NCBI GenBank assembly: GCA_025786725.1
Contig: JAHLTZ010000004.1
Span: 558,001 to 622,000 of the forward strand
Length of the DNA stretch: 64,000 bases
From: Syncephalis fuscata S228
Taxonomy: Eukaryota > Fungi > Zoopagomycota
Reading direction: 5' to 3'
Under the pieces are notes generated by a model that made no database searches, was not told the DNA's origin, and saw only the letters and a program-made list of their open reading frames with translations. Below are positions 62,079 through 64,000 of this stretch, piece after piece. The position numbers were made by a program, and so were the translations under genes. Each line of letters opens with the position of its first letter. The first letter of the stretch is position 1.

Positions 62079-64000
62079 ATGAGGTCTTTAAATACTATGT
62101 TTTCACAGTGTTGTGCTTTCTCGTCGGCCCTTCACTGGCTATCGGCGTTATGCTATTTTGTACGGTGGGCATCAATAGCTAGCACGGTGCTTGGATTGGT
62201 GCCATTGGCACAGGCCGCCACATGCGGTGAAGGACGTGGCTGTTTGTTGAAATCACTGCCGAGTCCAGTGGCCGCGGTGATTTTAGCTGTTGCTTTACTT
62301 ATAGGCCTAGTAATGCTTGTAGTGCTTGCTCGGCATCTTGGCTTATTTCAACGTCATTCTAATCATGATGAAAATATTCATAATAACAATGTCAACAATA
62401 GCTATCACCACCATCATCGACATTATTATTCAAATTCATTGCCTAATGAAGAAAATGATATTTATTATTGCCAAAATGATAATAATAATAGTAAACATTC
62501 ACGCAATGATATTAATAATAATAGTAACAATAATAATAATAGCAGTCAGCATTATTATCATAGTACTAGCAGCAATGCTAGATATCGTCAGCGTCGATGG
62601 TGGAGACGTATGCGTGTATTTCCCTGGACGGATCACGAAGGCACTCGACGACAAGTTAGAACGACCAATCGCGAAAAGACAGAGCTATATCGGATTGATG
62701 TGATACCAACAGAACATACTTATTCATCAGATGGATTAGTATTGCTAGCAAATACAACTGATACATTATCAGGGCCAACTCAAGCAAGTTATGAAGGACG
62801 TCGTCGTCGACTGTTTTGTGAAATCAATGAAATACCACCCTCACCACCACCACCACCACCTTCTCCGACATTAGTGGCCATTACAAAGACAACGACAGCA
62901 GCAACACCAGCAACAGCAGGCATACGATCAACTGATTCAAGACTACACAATAATAGCTATACAAATTATATATCAAGTAGTCATCATAATACAGCATCAC
63001 ATAATATGCCTATATCGATGACAGGTACACCACTAGTTCATCGGTGGTCATCACCTACTAACTATTATCCAATGGAGTTGGCAATTATGATGCCACGGCC
63101 ACCACCACCTGTTGCATTGTCGGCATCACTTTGGCACTCCAATTTTCCACGACCTCGATCACCGCTTACTTATATTACTGAATTACCGGCAGCAGAAATA
63201 GCTGAACAACAACAGGAGCAACAATCGGAAGTGTATCACAATGGTAACGGTGAAGTAAATGAAGAAGAAGAGGAGGAAGAGGAGGAAGAGGAGGAGGATG
63301 TAGGTGATGAAACTGAATTTGAATCAAATGGTACAGCTACAACACCGATAGCATCTCGTCGTCAATTAAGCCACTTACCCGTGCGGCTACGTGGTCACCA
63401 TCAAGAACAGCAACCGATTTATCAAATAGTGCAACCATTGTGCCCAAATTGACCGATGAGCGTACAAAATGTTTAAAGATGAATGAAGATCGAAATAGCC
63501 AGTCTAATAACTCTATTAATGGTACAAAAGTTGCATCTACGTTATTTACTGCAAATGGCCATAGTAATAATAATAATGATAATAGTGGTACTAACAATAA
63601 TGGTAATAGTAATCAGTATCACATTATCACTATGCTAAACACAAAATGGTACCTATCAATATGCTTGTCAATTTATCAAGACAACATGTATTGCCATCTA
63701 TGGATCGTAGCTATATTAATACTGATAACTCGGTACAAAAACCATCTTTACGGCCTCGTCGCTATCCGCGTCGATCGCTTGTTGTGGCTGATACACTGGC
63801 ACGGTCTTTAGCAATGGCAGCACGAGCTACATCTTCTCCAGGAACTGCTACGCAACCAAGTCCTTTGAATGCCATTGCTAGTCCATCTCTATCAATTACT
63901 ACCAAAGAACTAATTGGTCAATCGCAACAACAACAGCAACATATGACATCGACAACCTTTGAGTCTAGCTTCCACTTTCTTCATCTCTTGGCAGCTCAAA
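62079..64000 (+). CDS. Hypothetical single-pass membrane protein with long low-complexity tail; probably runs off the window
   Basis: Hydrophobic N-terminus and TM helix, ORF to 63452. Adding one base near 63444 and one near 63620 keeps the frame open to the window end. Confidence 0.55.

Noticed and set aside
1-64000. CRISPR array, rRNA or intact transposase/reverse transcriptase
   Set aside because: No regularly spaced repeats, rRNA signatures or DDE/RT ORFs were seen.

Overview
AT-rich eukaryotic DNA with many short (about 45-100 nt) GT-AG introns and dense housekeeping genes. It reads as an early-diverging fungus, probably Zoopagomycota such as Syncephalis (inference from intron size, composition and an EPGPWN-type membrane protein). 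Recognisable genes: DUF3712 protein, AMPK/MARK-like kinase, two tandem COMT paralogs, tRNA-Leu(AAG), an intronless divergent beta-tubulin, RIO1, LAMMER kinase, HTH+SET protein, SNU13, AOX, VPS55, LIM protein, M3A peptidase, UBR7, CCDC137-like, PQ-loop protein and DSN1/Mis13. The first 16 kb is rich in mobile DNA that the ORF track largely misses. It holds two distinct minus-strand relics of Fanzor (eukaryotic TnpB-like RNA-guided nuclease) C-termini, at 420-640 and 14818-15174. Each is followed downstream by a shared GGTTRRATTTTAYTTT terminus where an omegaRNA would be expected, and one lies inside a 1.27-kb TIR element. A second long-TIR family has near-identical inverted cores flanking two genes, and one of its TIRs carries an 81-bp insertion with a 12-bp target-site duplication. 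Other highlights are a probable 1-nt microexon in VPS55, a ~100-bp-stem hairpin upstream of the LAMMER kinase, and a secreted precursor ending in YFRMFRF. About 20 single-base-deletion frameshifts in conserved genes are most likely consensus errors. All alignments and translations were done by eye.
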